From contig CM059426.1 in NCBI GenBank assembly GCA_030390025.1, positions 207,514,001 through 207,578,000 of the forward strand: a DNA stretch of 64,000 bases, given 5' to 3'. Under the pieces are notes generated by a model. That model was given only the letters and a program-made list of their open reading frames with translations, did no database searches and was not told the origin of the DNA. Below, in pieces: positions 39,090-50,431 of this stretch (positions are counted from its first letter, which is position 1; each line of letters opens with the position of its first letter). This DNA is from Squalus acanthias. Its lineage: Eukaryota. Position numbers and translations under genes: made by a program.

Positions 39090-39625
39090 CCCTGATATTT
39101 AAATATTTAATGACACAAATGTAAAGGAGGGCAGATGTAATGAAATCGCACTTCCGGTGGGGAGCCTCACCTTCCAGAAGCAAATATCAGGAAATCACGG
39201 TGCCCGTAACACCATTTTCCATCCATTATTTTTAATGGACAGAAAATGGTGGGGAGTGCGCCTGCGATTTCCAGAGAGGCGCTCCTGGTGAGCGGGATTT
39301 CCCGCCCGAAGCACGGTATTGTAAGATCGGTCCTATTGCCTTTTAACTTGGATGAATTATAATGGTTTTATTGAACTATAATGTGTGATTAAATTGTCAA
39401 ATGCCAATCACATGGGACGGTGGACTACACACCCAGCATACACTGAGATGGCGTTTGTAATTTAAAATGAATGAATGAAATCTCAGATCAAATGTATTAA
39501 ATTTATGCGGATTTACTAGACATCACCAAAAAAAGAGTTTAAACAATTCATGAAGAAACAATTCCCTCCCCTTCCAAAATCACTGTAAACTTTCTATCTG
39601 TCACTAAATGCTGTTACTTGAACTT

Positions 39626-39960
39626 TAACAACAACTTGCATTTATATAGCGCCTTTAATGTAGTAAAACGTCCCAAGGCGCTTCTCAGGAATGTTATCAA
39701 ACAAAATTTGACACTGAGCCACATAAGGAGATATTAGGACAGATGACCAAAAGCTTTGTCAAAGAGGTAGGTTTTAAGGAGCGTCTTAAAGGAGAGAGAG
39801 GGGTAGAGTGGCGGAGAGGTTTAGGGAGGGAATTCCAGAGATTAGGGACTAGGCAGCTGAAGGTGCGGTCGCCAATGGTGGAGTGACGAAAATCGGGAAT
39901 GCGCAAGAGGCCAGAATTGGAGGAGCGCAGAGATCTCAGAGGGTTGTAGGCCTGGAGGAG
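39626..39960 (-). mobile_element. L2-clade LINE 3' end
   Basis: AACAACAACTTGCATTTATATAGCGCC tail. Confidence 0.85.
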
Positions 39961-39989
39961 AATGCATGCTGATAAGCAGTCAGATACAC

Positions 39990-41943
39990 CTCTAGCATGG
40001 GCAAGTGTAGCCTCGTATGAATAGTGCGGCAGAAGAAAGCTGCTGAATATAGAAAGTTCAGAGGCGAAGTGAAAAAGGAGATAAGAGGGGCAAAGAGAGG
40101 GTATGAAAATAGACTGGCAGCCAACATAAAAGGGAACCCAAAAGTCTTCTATAGGCATATAAATAGTAAAAGGGTGGCAAGAGGAGGGGTGGAGCCAATT
40201 AGGGACGAAAAGGAGACCTATGCATGGAGGCAGAGGGCATGGCTGAGGTACTAAATGAGTACTTTGCATCTGTCTTCACCAAGGAAGATGATGCTGCCAA
40301 AGTCACAGTGAAAGAGGAGGTAGTTGAGATTCTGGGTGGGATAAACATTAATAAAGAGGAGGTACTAGAAAGGTTGGCTGTACTTAAAGTAGATAAGTCA
40401 CCAGGACCGGATGGGATGCATCCTAGGACTTGCTGAGGGAGGCAAGGGTGGAAATTGCGGAGGTACTGGCCATAATGTTCCAATCCTCCTTAGATACGGG
40501 GGTGGTGCCAGAGATCTGGGGAATTGCAAATGTTACACCCTTGTTCAAAAAAGGGTGTAAGGATAAACCCAGCAACTACAGGCCAGTTAGTTTAACCTCA
40601 GTGGTGGGGAAGCTTTTAAAAATGATAATCCGGGACAAAATTAACAGTCACTTGGACTAGTGTGGATTAATTAAGGAAAGCCAGCATGGATTTGTTAAAG
40701 GCAAATCTGGTTTAACTAACTTGATTGAGGTTTCTGATGAGGTAACAGAGAGGGTTGATGAGGGTAATGCGGTTGACGTGGTGTACATGGACTTCCAAAA
40801 GGCATTTGACAAAGTGTCATATAATAGGCTTGCCAGTAAAGTTGAGCCCATGGAATAAAAGGGACAGTGGCAGCATGGATACGGAATTGGCTAAGTGACA
40901 AGAAACAGAGAGTAGTGGTGAACGGTTGTTTTTCAGACTGGAGGAAGGTATACAGTGGTGTTTCCCAGGGGTCGGTACTGGGACCACTGCTTTTCTTGAT
41001 ATATATTAATGACTTGGACATGGATGTACAGGGCACAATTTCAAAATTTGCAGATGACACAAAACTTGGAAGTATAGTGAACAGTGAGGAGGATAGTGAT
41101 AGACTTCAAGAGGATATAGACAGGCTGGTGGAATGGGTGGACACGTGGCAGATGAAATTTAACGCAGAAAAATGCGAAGTGATACATTTTGGTAGGAAGA
41201 ACGAGGAGAGGCAATATAAACTAAAGGGTACAATCCTAAAGGGGCTGCATGAACAGAGAGACCTTGGGGTATATGGGCTCAAATTGTTGAAGGTGGCAGG
41301 GCAGGTTGAGAAAGTGGTTAAGAAGCAGATGGGATCCTGGGCACCATAAATAGAGGCACAGAGTACAAAAGCAAGGAAGTTATGATGAACCTTTATAAAA
41401 CACTAGTTCAGCCTCAACTGGAGTATTGTGTCCAATTCTGGGCACTGAACTTTAGGAAGGATGTAAAGGCCTTAGAGAGGGTGCAGAAAAAATTTACGAG
41501 AATGATTCCAGGGATGAGGGACTTCAGTTACGTGGATAGACTAGAGAAGCTGGGGTTGTTCTCCTTAGAGTAAAGATGGTTGAGAGGAGATTTGATAGAG
41601 GTGTTCAAAATCATGAGGGGTCTGGACAGAGTAGATAGAGAGAAACTGTGGAGAACCAGAGGACACAGATTTAAGGTAAGTGACAGAAGAACCAGCGGCG
41701 ACATGAGGAAAAACTTTTTTACGCAGCGAGTGGTTAGGATCTGGAATGCACTGCCTGAAAGGGTGGTGGAGGCAGATTCAATCGTGGCTTTCAAAATGGA
41801 ATTGAATAAGTACCTGAAGGAAATAAAATTTGCAGGGCTACGGGGAAAGGGCGGGGGAGTGGGACTAGCTGAAGTGCTCGTGCAGAGAGCCGGCATGGTC
41901 TCGACGGGCCAAATGGCCTCCTTCTGTGCTGTAACCATTCTAT
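39990..41943 (+). mobile_element. CR1 LINE of a second subfamily, frameshifted RT region and 3' end
   Basis: DKSPGPDGMHPR, GVSQGSVLGPLLFLIYINDLD, KFADDTKLG, NFFTQRVVRIWNALP. Confidence 0.92.
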
Positions 41944-43294
41944 GGGGTCGATTTTGCCAGCCCTGGGGAGGCGGGTTTGGAGGCAGGACTGTCGGGAAAA
42001 TGGCAGAAACTGGGGGCGGGCACCCACCCCGCCCCCAACCCGCCTCCGTGTCATCTTGCCAGGAGGTGGGTACCCGACCCGAGTCGGGTCCTGTCTCCTC
42101 GAGGCGGGAAGGGGATTACAGGCAGTTAAGAGGATTATCCCCATTTTTCCCAAAGAGGTGCGGGCTTCCCGACGTTGGGCAAACCCCGCCAGGATCAGCG
42201 AGGCGAGCAGTGGGTCTGCGGGGGTGAGAGGGGTCGAAAAGTGCGTTGTGGAGGTAAGTGATGGGTGCAAGTGTGGAGAGGTAAGTCTGTGAGGTGAGTG
42301 AAAAGTTTCCTTACCTTTGTTTCTTCCTGCAGGCTTCAATCATTGGGGATCTGGAGGCTCCGGCATCTCCACGGCAGAGATGACAGAATGGCTGCTGCAT
42401 TCTCCGATGCAACAACCATCTGCTTTCTGCTCAGAAAATAGGTTTGGTGAGTCCTAGGGCTGAATTTTCTCAATGGGGAGCTTTTGGAGGCGGGACTCCC
42501 ACTTGTCAGGTTTTAGTCCCGCCTCCATCGACTTGTGGCCAACCCACGCTATTTTCCCTTGATTGACCTTGTTAAGCCCGCCCAGCGGACTCAGCAGGCC
42601 AATTAAGGGAAAGCCAGTTACTGGTGACGTCAGCGAGTGACGTCAAGAGCTATGACAGACAAAATGTCAGCGTTTGACGGCTCTGTGAAGCTGTCAAACA
42701 CTGAAAATCTGTCCTCTAAGTTGAATCTTTACTCAAGACTCAATTAGAAAGCCTTCCTGAGCAGAAAGCAGAAGGTTGCTGCAGCTTTTGACAGTTCAGC
42801 AGCCATTCTGCTTTCTGTGCCGGTGAGCTGAGGGACTCCCGAGACCTGAAGGGATGAAGCCTGCAGGAAGAAGTAAAGGTAAGTAAAACTTATTAAAACA
42901 CTTTACACACGCCTCACACACTTACCTCTGCACACATGCACCCATCACTCACCTGCACACCGGACATTTCGGCCCCTCCGACCCCCACAGACTGATGGAC
43001 CGCCTCGCTGACCCTGGCGAGGTTCGGAGCCGTCGGGAAGCCCACACTTCAGGGCTGAAAATAGGGATTCTCAAAAAAACTGCCTGTTAACTACCTGTTA
43101 ACAGGCAGTTAATTGGCACTTATCCCCTTCCTGCCTCGAGGAGACGGGACCTGGCGCGGGTCGGGTCCCCGCCTCCTGGGAAGATGGCACAGAGGCGGGT
43201 TGGGGGCGGGATGGGTACCCGCCCCCAGATTCTGCCATTTTCCTGGCAGTCCCACCTCCAAACCCACCTCCCCAGGGCTGGCAAAATCGCCCCC
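41944..43294. mobile_element. 1.35-kb foldback (Harbinger-like non-autonomous) element with about 500-bp inverted arms and a nested element at 42457-42715
   Basis: Termini GGGGTCGATTTTGCCAGCCCTGGGGAGG / CCTCCCCAGGGCTGGCAAAATCGCCCCC; arm similarity runs over about 41944-42455 vs 42735-43294; the inner element is flanked by CTA/CTA. Confidence 0.85.
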
Positions 43295-43339
43295 TTGAGT
43301 ACAAGAACTCACCAAACAACAGAGAATGTCAGTGTTTGA

Positions 43340-43611
43340 CAGCTTCTGGCCCCTTGAGCATTCCTGATTTTAATCGCTCCACCATTGATGGCCGTGCCTT
43401 CAGCTGCCAAGGCCCTAAGATCTGGAATTCCCTCCCTAAACCTCTCCGCCTCTCTACCTCTCTCTCCTCCTTAAAGACATTCCTTAAAACCTATCTCTTT
43501 GACCAAGCTTTTGGTCACCTGTCCTAATATCTCCTTATGTGGCTCGGTGTCAAATTTTGTTTTATAACACTCCTGTAAAATGCCTTGGGATGTTTTACTA
43601 CGTTAAAGGTG
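43340..43611 (+). mobile_element. L2 3' end split by a CR1 insertion; its tail resumes at 45699-45718
   Basis: ...CGTTAAAGGTG | CR1 | TATAAAGGCAAGTTGTTGTT reconstitutes the family tail. Confidence 0.85.
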
Positions 43612-45698
43612 GAATTTGTTCATCCCAGTTTGGCAGAAAAATAAAACAAAAAAGGTGACTCAACCGTGGCTAACAAAGGAAATTAGGGATAGCATAAGAT
43701 CCAAGGAGAGGACATATAAATTGGCCAGAAAAAAGCAGAAAACTTGAGGATTGGGAGCAGTTTAGGATTCAGCAAAGGAGGACAAAGGGATTAATTAAGA
43801 GGGGGCAAAATAGTTTATGAGAGTAAGCTTGCAGGGAACATAAAAACTGACTGTAAAAGCTTTTATAGATATGTGAAGAGAAAAAGATTAGTGAAGTCAA
43901 GCGTAGGTCCCTTGCAGTCAGAATCAGGGGAATTTATAATGGTGAACAAAGAAATGGCAGACCAATTAAATACATACTTTGGTTCTGTCTTCACAAAGGA
44001 GGACACAAATAACCTCCCAGAGATGTCGGGGAACATAGGGTCTAATGAGAGGGAGGAACTGAAAGAAATCATTATTTGTAGGGAAATAGACGGGATTGAA
44101 GGCCGATAAATCCCCAGAGCCTGATAATCTACATCCTTGGGTACTTAAGGAAGTGGCCCTAGAAATAGTAGATGCATTGCTGGTCATCTTCCAAAATTCT
44201 ATAGAATCTGGAACAGTACCAATGGATTGGAGGGTAGCTAATGTTACCCCACTATTCAAAAAAGGGTGGTAGAGAGAAAACGGGGAATTATAGACCGGTA
44301 AGCCTGACAACAGTAGTGGGGAAAATGCTAGAGTCCATTATAAAAGATGTAATAGCAGAGCACTTGGAAAACAGTGTCAGGATCGGACAAAGTCAACATG
44401 GATTTACAAAAGGTAAATCGTGTTTGACTAATCTACTGGAATTTTTTGAGGATGTAACTGGTAAAATAGGTAAGGGAGAACCAGTGGATGTGGTGTATTT
44501 GGACATTCAGAAGCCTTTTGATAAGGTCCCACATAAGAGATTAGCGTGTAAAGTTAAGGCACATGGGATTGGGGGCAAGGTATTGACTTGGATAGAGAAC
44601 TGGTTGGCACACAGAAAGCAAAGAGTTGGAATAAATGGGTCTTTTTCCGAGTGGCAGGCAGTGACTAGTGGGGTACCGCAGGGATCGGTCTTCGGACCCC
44701 AGCTATTCACAATATATATTAATGATCTAGACGAGGGAATTGGATGTAATATCTCCAAGTTTGCAGACGACACAAAGCTGGGTGGGAGTGTGTGCCGTGA
44801 GGAGGATGCCGAGAATCTCCAGTATGATTTGGACAGGTTGGGTGATTGGGCAGAAGCATGGCAGATGCAGTATAATGTGGATAAATGCGAGGTTATCCAC
44901 TTTGGTGTCAAAAACAGGAAGGCAGATTATTATCTGAATGGCAATAGATTGGGAGAAGCGGAAGTGCAACGAGACCTGGGTGTCCTTGTGCACCAGTCGC
45001 TGAAGGTAAGCATGCAGGTGCAGCAGGCGGTTAAGAAGGCAAATGGTATGTTGGCCTTCGTAGCAAAAGGGTTCGAGTACAGGAACAAGGATGTCTTGCT
45101 GCAGTTGTACAGGGCCTTGGTGAGACCACATCTTGAGTATTGTGTGCAGTTTTGGTCGCCTTATCTGAGAAAGGATGTTCTTGCCATGGAGGGAGTGCAG
45201 CGAAGATTCACCAGGCTGATACCTGGGATGGCAGGAATGACGTATGAGGAGAGATTGGGGTGATTGGGCTTATACTCGCTGGAGTTTAGAAGAATGAAAG
45301 GGATCTGATCGAAACTTATAAAATTCTAACAGGACGAGACAGACTAGATGCAGGAAGGATGTTCCCGATGGTGGGGGAGTCCAGAACCAGGGGTCACAGT
45401 CTAAGGATAAGGGGTAAGCCATTTAGGACTGAGATGAGGAGGAATTTCTTCACCCAGAGAGTGGTGAACCTGTGGAATTCTCTACCACAGAAGGCAGCAG
45501 AGGCCAATTCATTAAATATATTCAAGAAGGAGTTAGATATATTTCTTAAAGCTAAAGGGCTCAAGGGATATGGGGAGAAAGCAGGGACAGGGTACTGAAT
45601 TTGGATGATCAGCCATGATCTCATTGAATGGCGGAGCAGGCTCGAGGGGCTGAATGGCCTACTCCTGCTCCTATCTTCTATGTTTCTATGTTTCTATG
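43612..45698 (+). mobile_element. Young CR1 LINE, 5'-truncated (third copy)
   Basis: ORF 44241-45263 (340 aa RT) plus frameshifted pieces; (TTTCTATG)n tail. Confidence 0.95.
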
Positions 45699-46061
45699 TA
45701 TAAAGGCAAGTTGTTGTTAGTGTATTGATATTCCTAGACATAATATATTTTCTTGGTATTTTGTTATTATAAAAAATGGGAATCCGTCATCCTGACGGAA
45801 GGTTTGCTATTTTCCTGGGATCCAATAGGTAGCAGCCATCTTGTGACACTGAAGGGATTTTTACTAGTCCTAGCCCCTTTGGGGCTATCCCGGATCAGGC
45901 CTATTTCTCAGACGTTCACTTTCAACTAAAGTTTGAGGTAGCCGAATCCTAAAGACGCTTATACGATAGCAAAATACTGCGGATGCTGGAAATCCGAAAT
46001 AACAACAGAAAACGCTGGAAAAACTCAGCAGGCCAGGCAACATCCGTGGAGAGAGAAAGAG

Positions 46062-46097
46062 AGTTAACGTTTCAGGTCGAAACCCTTCGTCGGAACT
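46062..46097 (-). ncRNA. Minimal hammerhead ribozyme with a variant core (CCGACGA)
   Basis: Minus strand AGTT-CCGACGA-AGGGTTTCGACCT-GAAAC-GTT-AACT. Confidence 0.6.
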
Positions 46098-46371
46098 GAG
46101 AGAGCAAGAAATAAACAGATAAAAATGCAAGGGGAGGCTAGGGGGAGGAATAAAAGAACAAAAGGGATGGTCTTTAGTGAGTAGAGATATTGAGAGATGC
46201 TCAAGGCAAGACGAGATGGTAATGGGACAGGTTGAGAAACAAAAGGTAAGGTGTGAAATGCTGGCAGAATCAGAGACAGCTGCCGTGGGGGGAGAGAGAG
46301 AAAAAAAGGAAAAAGGCACGGACCAAAAGAGTGTATAAAATGTATACATACATATGTGGTAGGGGCCGGGG

Positions 46372-47601
46372 TTATGATCTGAAATTGTTGAACTCGATAT
46401 TGAGTCCGGAAGGCTGTAAAGTGCCTAAACGGAAGATGAGGTGCTGTTCCTGGAGCTTACGCTGCGCTTCCGTGGAACAATGCAAGAGGCCGAGGACGGT
46501 GAGGTCTGAGTGAGCGTGGAGGGGTGAATTAAAATGACAAGCGACCGGAAGCTCGGGGTCACCCTTCCGGACTGAACGGAGGTGTTCCGCAAAGCGGTCA
46601 CCCAATCTGCGTTTGGTCTCCCCAATGTAGAGGAGACCACATCGTGAGCAGCGAATACAGTATACTAGATTGCAAGAAGTACAAGTAAATCGCTGTTTCA
46701 CCTGGAAGGGGTGTTTGGGGCCCTGGAGAGTGGGAAGGGGGGATGTATAAGGGCAGGTGTTGCATCTCCTGCGCTTGCACGGGAAGGTGCCGGGTGAAGG
46801 GGAAGGGGTGCTGGGGGTGATAGAGGAGTGGACTGGGGTGTCTCGGAGGGAGCGGTCCCTACGGAATGCTGAAAGGGGAGGTGAGGGGAAGATACGTTTG
46901 GTGGTGGGATCACGTTGGAGGTGGCGGAAATGGCGGAGGATGATCCGTTGAATGTGAAGGCTGGTGGGGTGAAAGGTGAGGACAAGGGGAACTCTATCGT
47001 GGTTCCGGGAGGGAGGGGCCGGGGTGAGGGCAGAAGTGCGGGAGATGGAACGGACACGGTCGAGGGCCGTGTTGACCACGGTAGAGGGGAATCCTCGGTT
47101 GAGGAAAAAGGAAGACATGTCGGAAGCACTGGTATGGAAGGTGGCATCGTCGGAGCAGATGCGGCGGAGACGGAGAAACTGGGAGAAGGGAATAGAGTCC
47201 TTACAGGAGGCGGGGTGGGAGGAAGTGTAGTCCAGGTAGCTGTGGGAGTCAGTGGGCTTGTAGTGAATGTTGGTCAATAACCTATCCCCAGAGATGGAGA
47301 CGGAGAAGTCGAGGAAGGGGAGGGAAGAGTCGGAGATGGACCATGTGAAGGTGAGGGAAGGGTGGAAATTGGAGGCAAAGTGAATGAAATTGTCTAGTTC
47401 AGGGCGAGAGCAGGAAACAGCACCGATACAGTCGTCAATGTACCGGAAAAAGAGGTGAGGGAGGGGACCCGAGTAGGACTGGAACAAAGAGTGTTCCACA
47501 TATCCCACGAAAAGGCAGGCATAGCTAGGACCCATGCGGGTACCCATAGCAACACCTTTGATTTGGAGGAAATGAGTGGAGTCAAAGGAGAAGTTGTTCA
47601 A
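46372..47601 (-). CDS. Penelope-like RT (C-terminal part) plus GIY-YIG endonuclease, uninterrupted 409 aa
   Basis: QIKGVAMGTRMGPSYA, FFRYIDD, FLD, Cys-rich linker PCKRRRCNTC, NLVYCIRCSRCGLLYIGETKRRLGDRFAEH, GLNIEF. Confidence 0.9.
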   Translation of the reverse strand: MNNFSFDSTHFLQIKGVAMGTRMGPSYACLFVGYVEHSLFQSYSGPLPHLFFRYIDDCIGAVSCSRPELDNFIHFASNFHPSLTFTWSISDSSLPFLDFSVSISGDRLLTNIHYKPTDSHSYLDYTSSHPASCKDSIPFSQFLRLRRICSDDATFHTSASDMSSFFLNRGFPSTVVNTALDRVRSISRTSALTPAPPSRNHDRVPLVLTFHPTSLHIQRIILRHFRHLQRDPTTKRIFPSPPLSAFRRDRSLRDTPVHSSITPSTPSPSPGTFPCKRRRCNTCPYTSPLPTLQGPKHPFQVKQRFTCTSCNLVYCIRCSRCGLLYIGETKRRLGDRFAEHLRSVRKGDPELPVACHFNSPLHAHSDLTVLGLLHCSTEAQRKLQEQHLIFRLGTLQPSGLNIEFNNFRS

Positions 47602-48669
47602 TGTGAGAACAAGTTCAGCCAGGCGGAGGAGGGTGGCGGTGGATGGGGACTGGTTGGGCCTCTGTTTTAATTGGGTCTAAAGGTCCGGGCTATCTCTCCC
47701 TAAAGGAAAGGAACAACCCGAGAATGTTACCGTCCTCCAGAGAGCGCTTTTAATAAGTTTAGCGAGACTGTAACATCCCGGATATTATGAGGGTTCGGAG
47801 AACTCCTTCAGAATTCTGTAACTCTTCACCAAAGAGTGTACAGAGATTGAGTTCACGAGTTATTGATACAGAAGACTTATGTGAGACAATTCTAAAACTA
47901 TATAGAGATTTATTAAAGAACCGACATGCAATTTACAGTTGGTGAATCAATCAATTGCAATGTTAACAGTTCTAAAAAGAGAAAAATTACGATCTTATTA
48001 TTAACAGAGAATCTTAATTTTAAATCTTAACTTCGCTACAGTATTACAATTCTTAAAGGTTTCTATACAGGATATCCATCAATGTCAAATATCTCCCTGA
48101 GGTACAAAGAGTTGGAGACCACAGAGCCGCCTCTGAAGCCGAGAATCGCTTTGCCCGATTAAAGCGAGTCTGATATCCCATTTGAGACTTCAATATTTAT
48201 ACCCTTTTTCAGTGGTATTTCCTTCAAAGTTTCTGCTGATGCAAGTTAATTATCACTATTCATCTTTCTGCCGATCTCTGCAATTCTTACTGCTACATCA
48301 GCTTGTAATATTCCAGAATCTTGTCACATCTCCAGGTGTTCTAGGGTCACCATATAAAGACGGTGTGAAGGGCAGGTGTTCCTTATTTTATGTCATCTTT
48401 ACGAGGGCAGATGTTCCTTATCTTATGTGCCATCTTTATGAAGTTTAAATTAGAACACCTTATCCAGGGTGAACCATTGTTTTGTTCCCAAAAGGTCAGC
48501 TTGTCGGAGCCCTTCATCTTCTGTTTCAATAAGGTTATTTATTCAGGGTCAACAACTGTCTTATCTCAATAGCCAGAATGCTTTCATAGCTATTTCATAG
48601 TTAGGTTTCTAAATTTCCAAACCCAGTTTGTCATGTTTTAATCAGGCCAGAATTCTTTCATAAGATAGT

Positions 48670-49433
48670 GGCCCAGAAATTAAACATCGATGGTTCCCGC
48701 GGGGGTAAGGATTCCCTGCGATATCGCACTCCGCGCCTACCTTTTTGTTTGGGGCCCACACGAACTTTAGTTTCAGAGCCTCTCCCTGTTGCAACCGTGC
48801 AGTGATTGCGTATCCCAGAGGCGCAATTAGTTTGTGCGAGCTCTGAGATCACGTGATTCAGTTAGAGCCAATGGCAGCACACCATCTTTCATTCATAGTT
48901 TTGACAGCAAGGGCTGTCAAAGCTATGAATACTACAAACCCCCAAAAGAACAGCTAAACCTCAATTAAATTTTTAAAAAAGCCATCACATTAATAAAATA
49001 AGTATAGTTAAATAAATTAACCACTTTATACAAAAAATTTAATTTTTGAAAAAATTTAAAATCTTTTTAAAAGTTATAAAAATAAACTTACCTTTCTTTA
49101 AAGTCTCTAAAAAAGATAAACCTGTTGAAAAATTTTTAAAATAACACTTAATTAACTACTTACCTTGTTAAAAGGGGGTCCTACGCCTGCTTTCTTTATG
49201 TGTAAAATCTTCACCACTTACCTGCGCGTTCAAACCTGAAAAAAAAATGAAGTGCACTGCGTGCGCACAACCTGTAGCGCACACACAGTTCACTTAGGAA
49301 CCGCCCCCTTTGCAATTCACGAAGTGCCGGTTTCCCACGCATGCGCAGTGCATGCAGGAAACCGGCAATTCGGGATCTAATACGCGAGAGTACACAGTGC
49401 GTACTCTCGTGTATTAGGTTTAATTTTCGGGCC
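48670..49433. mobile_element. Harbinger-like non-autonomous DNA transposon (764 bp)
   Basis: TIRs GGCCCAGAAATTAAAC / GTTTAATTTTCGGGCC; 3-bp TSD AGT; absent from the other LTR copy. Confidence 0.88.
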
Positions 49434-49524
49434 AGTGTATTTTTCTGAATAGGTTATATGGCTTATTCCTTCACAACATGAGGCTCACTTTTTGTCCCTG
49501 TTTTTTTTTCTTTTGACACAAGTT

Positions 49525-50042
49525 GGGGGAAAAATTGAGTCGCGCCCCCTTTGGGGTGCTAACTTCGCCTGGGACGCTACTTTCATGGGTAGCGCCCCAA
49601 GAGGGAAGCGGGGCGCTACTGGAAGCGCCCTGCCTCCCTCTTGGGGCGCTGCGAGGGAATATCGCAGAAAAAGAGAAGCGCCGGGCTCATGGAGCGCAGC
49701 CGGCACTCCGTGGGGGGAGTGCTCAGGAGGCCAGGGACGGCAACGGAGGCAGGTGCTGGCAGGCAGCCAGCAACAAAAATGGTCACTCGGCACCTCGCCT
49801 TTAATTAGCGCCGCCCCGGCCGCAGGTAGGCTCCCCTGATCCCGTCCGGCGCTAAGTCAGGCGGTGCTACCAAAGATCGCGGCCGGGGCGCGAGCGGGGC
49901 GCTGCGCCCGGCGATGATGGGCGCAGCGCCGCGGGGCACTAACGGTTACCGCCGCCGCTGAATTTCGCGGGAGGCATTGGCGGCGCCCGGGCGCTAGTTG
50001 CTTTGCGTCCCGTTAGCACCCTCTTAACCGAATTTTTCCCTC
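49525..50042. mobile_element. GC-rich Harbinger-like MITE (518 bp)
   Basis: TIRs GGGGGAAAAATT / AATTTTTCCCTC; 3-bp TSD GTT; AGCGCC/GGCGCT-rich. Confidence 0.75.
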
Positions 50043-50366
50043 GTTGTGTTTTATTAAGACAAGCCCTTGGCCTTCCTTCATATTGATTCCCCCAGTTTCA
50101 GACTTTCTTTACCTTATCAACCTCCAGTTTTAAAAACCAGCACCTGTTTTGATATTCAGTTTATTTTACGAGCACAGTTGTACGCGGAACGGTGACACAA
50201 AGTATTGTGATTACTCCCCGTAGCTAACAAACAGCCAAGTGGCTGCTCTGGAAATGATCTCCAAACATTGAGTATGAAATATGCTATAATTTTGAAAATA
50301 TAGAGCCGCTGTAGATTGGCTGGCAACTTAACACGAATGCTATTAAAAGGTCACAGATATGAAAAT

Positions 50367-50431
50367 TAATTAGAATCACGTTATTTACTACAGATCTTTT
50401 AAAACTATAGTAAATAACGTGATTCTAATTA
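50367..50431. repeat. Perfect 24-bp inverted repeat (hairpin)
   Basis: TAATTAGAATCACGTTATTTACTA, 17-nt spacer, TAGTAAATAACGTGATTCTAATTA. Confidence 0.95.

Larger units (their letters stand above)
45962..47666 (-). mobile_element. Penelope-like retroelement, 5'-truncated, with 3' terminal repeat
   Basis: Interrupts the LTR at GACGCTTA|ATTGGG; carries an RT-GIY-YIG ORF and a hammerhead-bearing terminus. Confidence 0.93.
45850..49475 (-). mobile_element. Second solo LTR of the 35528 family, interrupted by a Penelope element and a Harbinger-like MITE
   Basis: Segments 45850-45961, 47667-48669 and 49434-49475 are colinear with 35528-36648; TSD ACAC/ACAT. Confidence 0.88.

Noticed and set aside
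35528-49475. Two same-orientation LTRs read as one full-length provirus
   Set aside because: Each LTR has its own TSD (CATA; ACAC/ACAT), they are visibly diverged, and the intervening DNA holds CR1/L2/foldback elements with no gag, protease or integrase.
49525-50042. CpG-island promoter
   Set aside because: The CpG-rich block is bounded by TIRs and a 3-bp TSD and resembles 61381-62200, so it is a young transposon.
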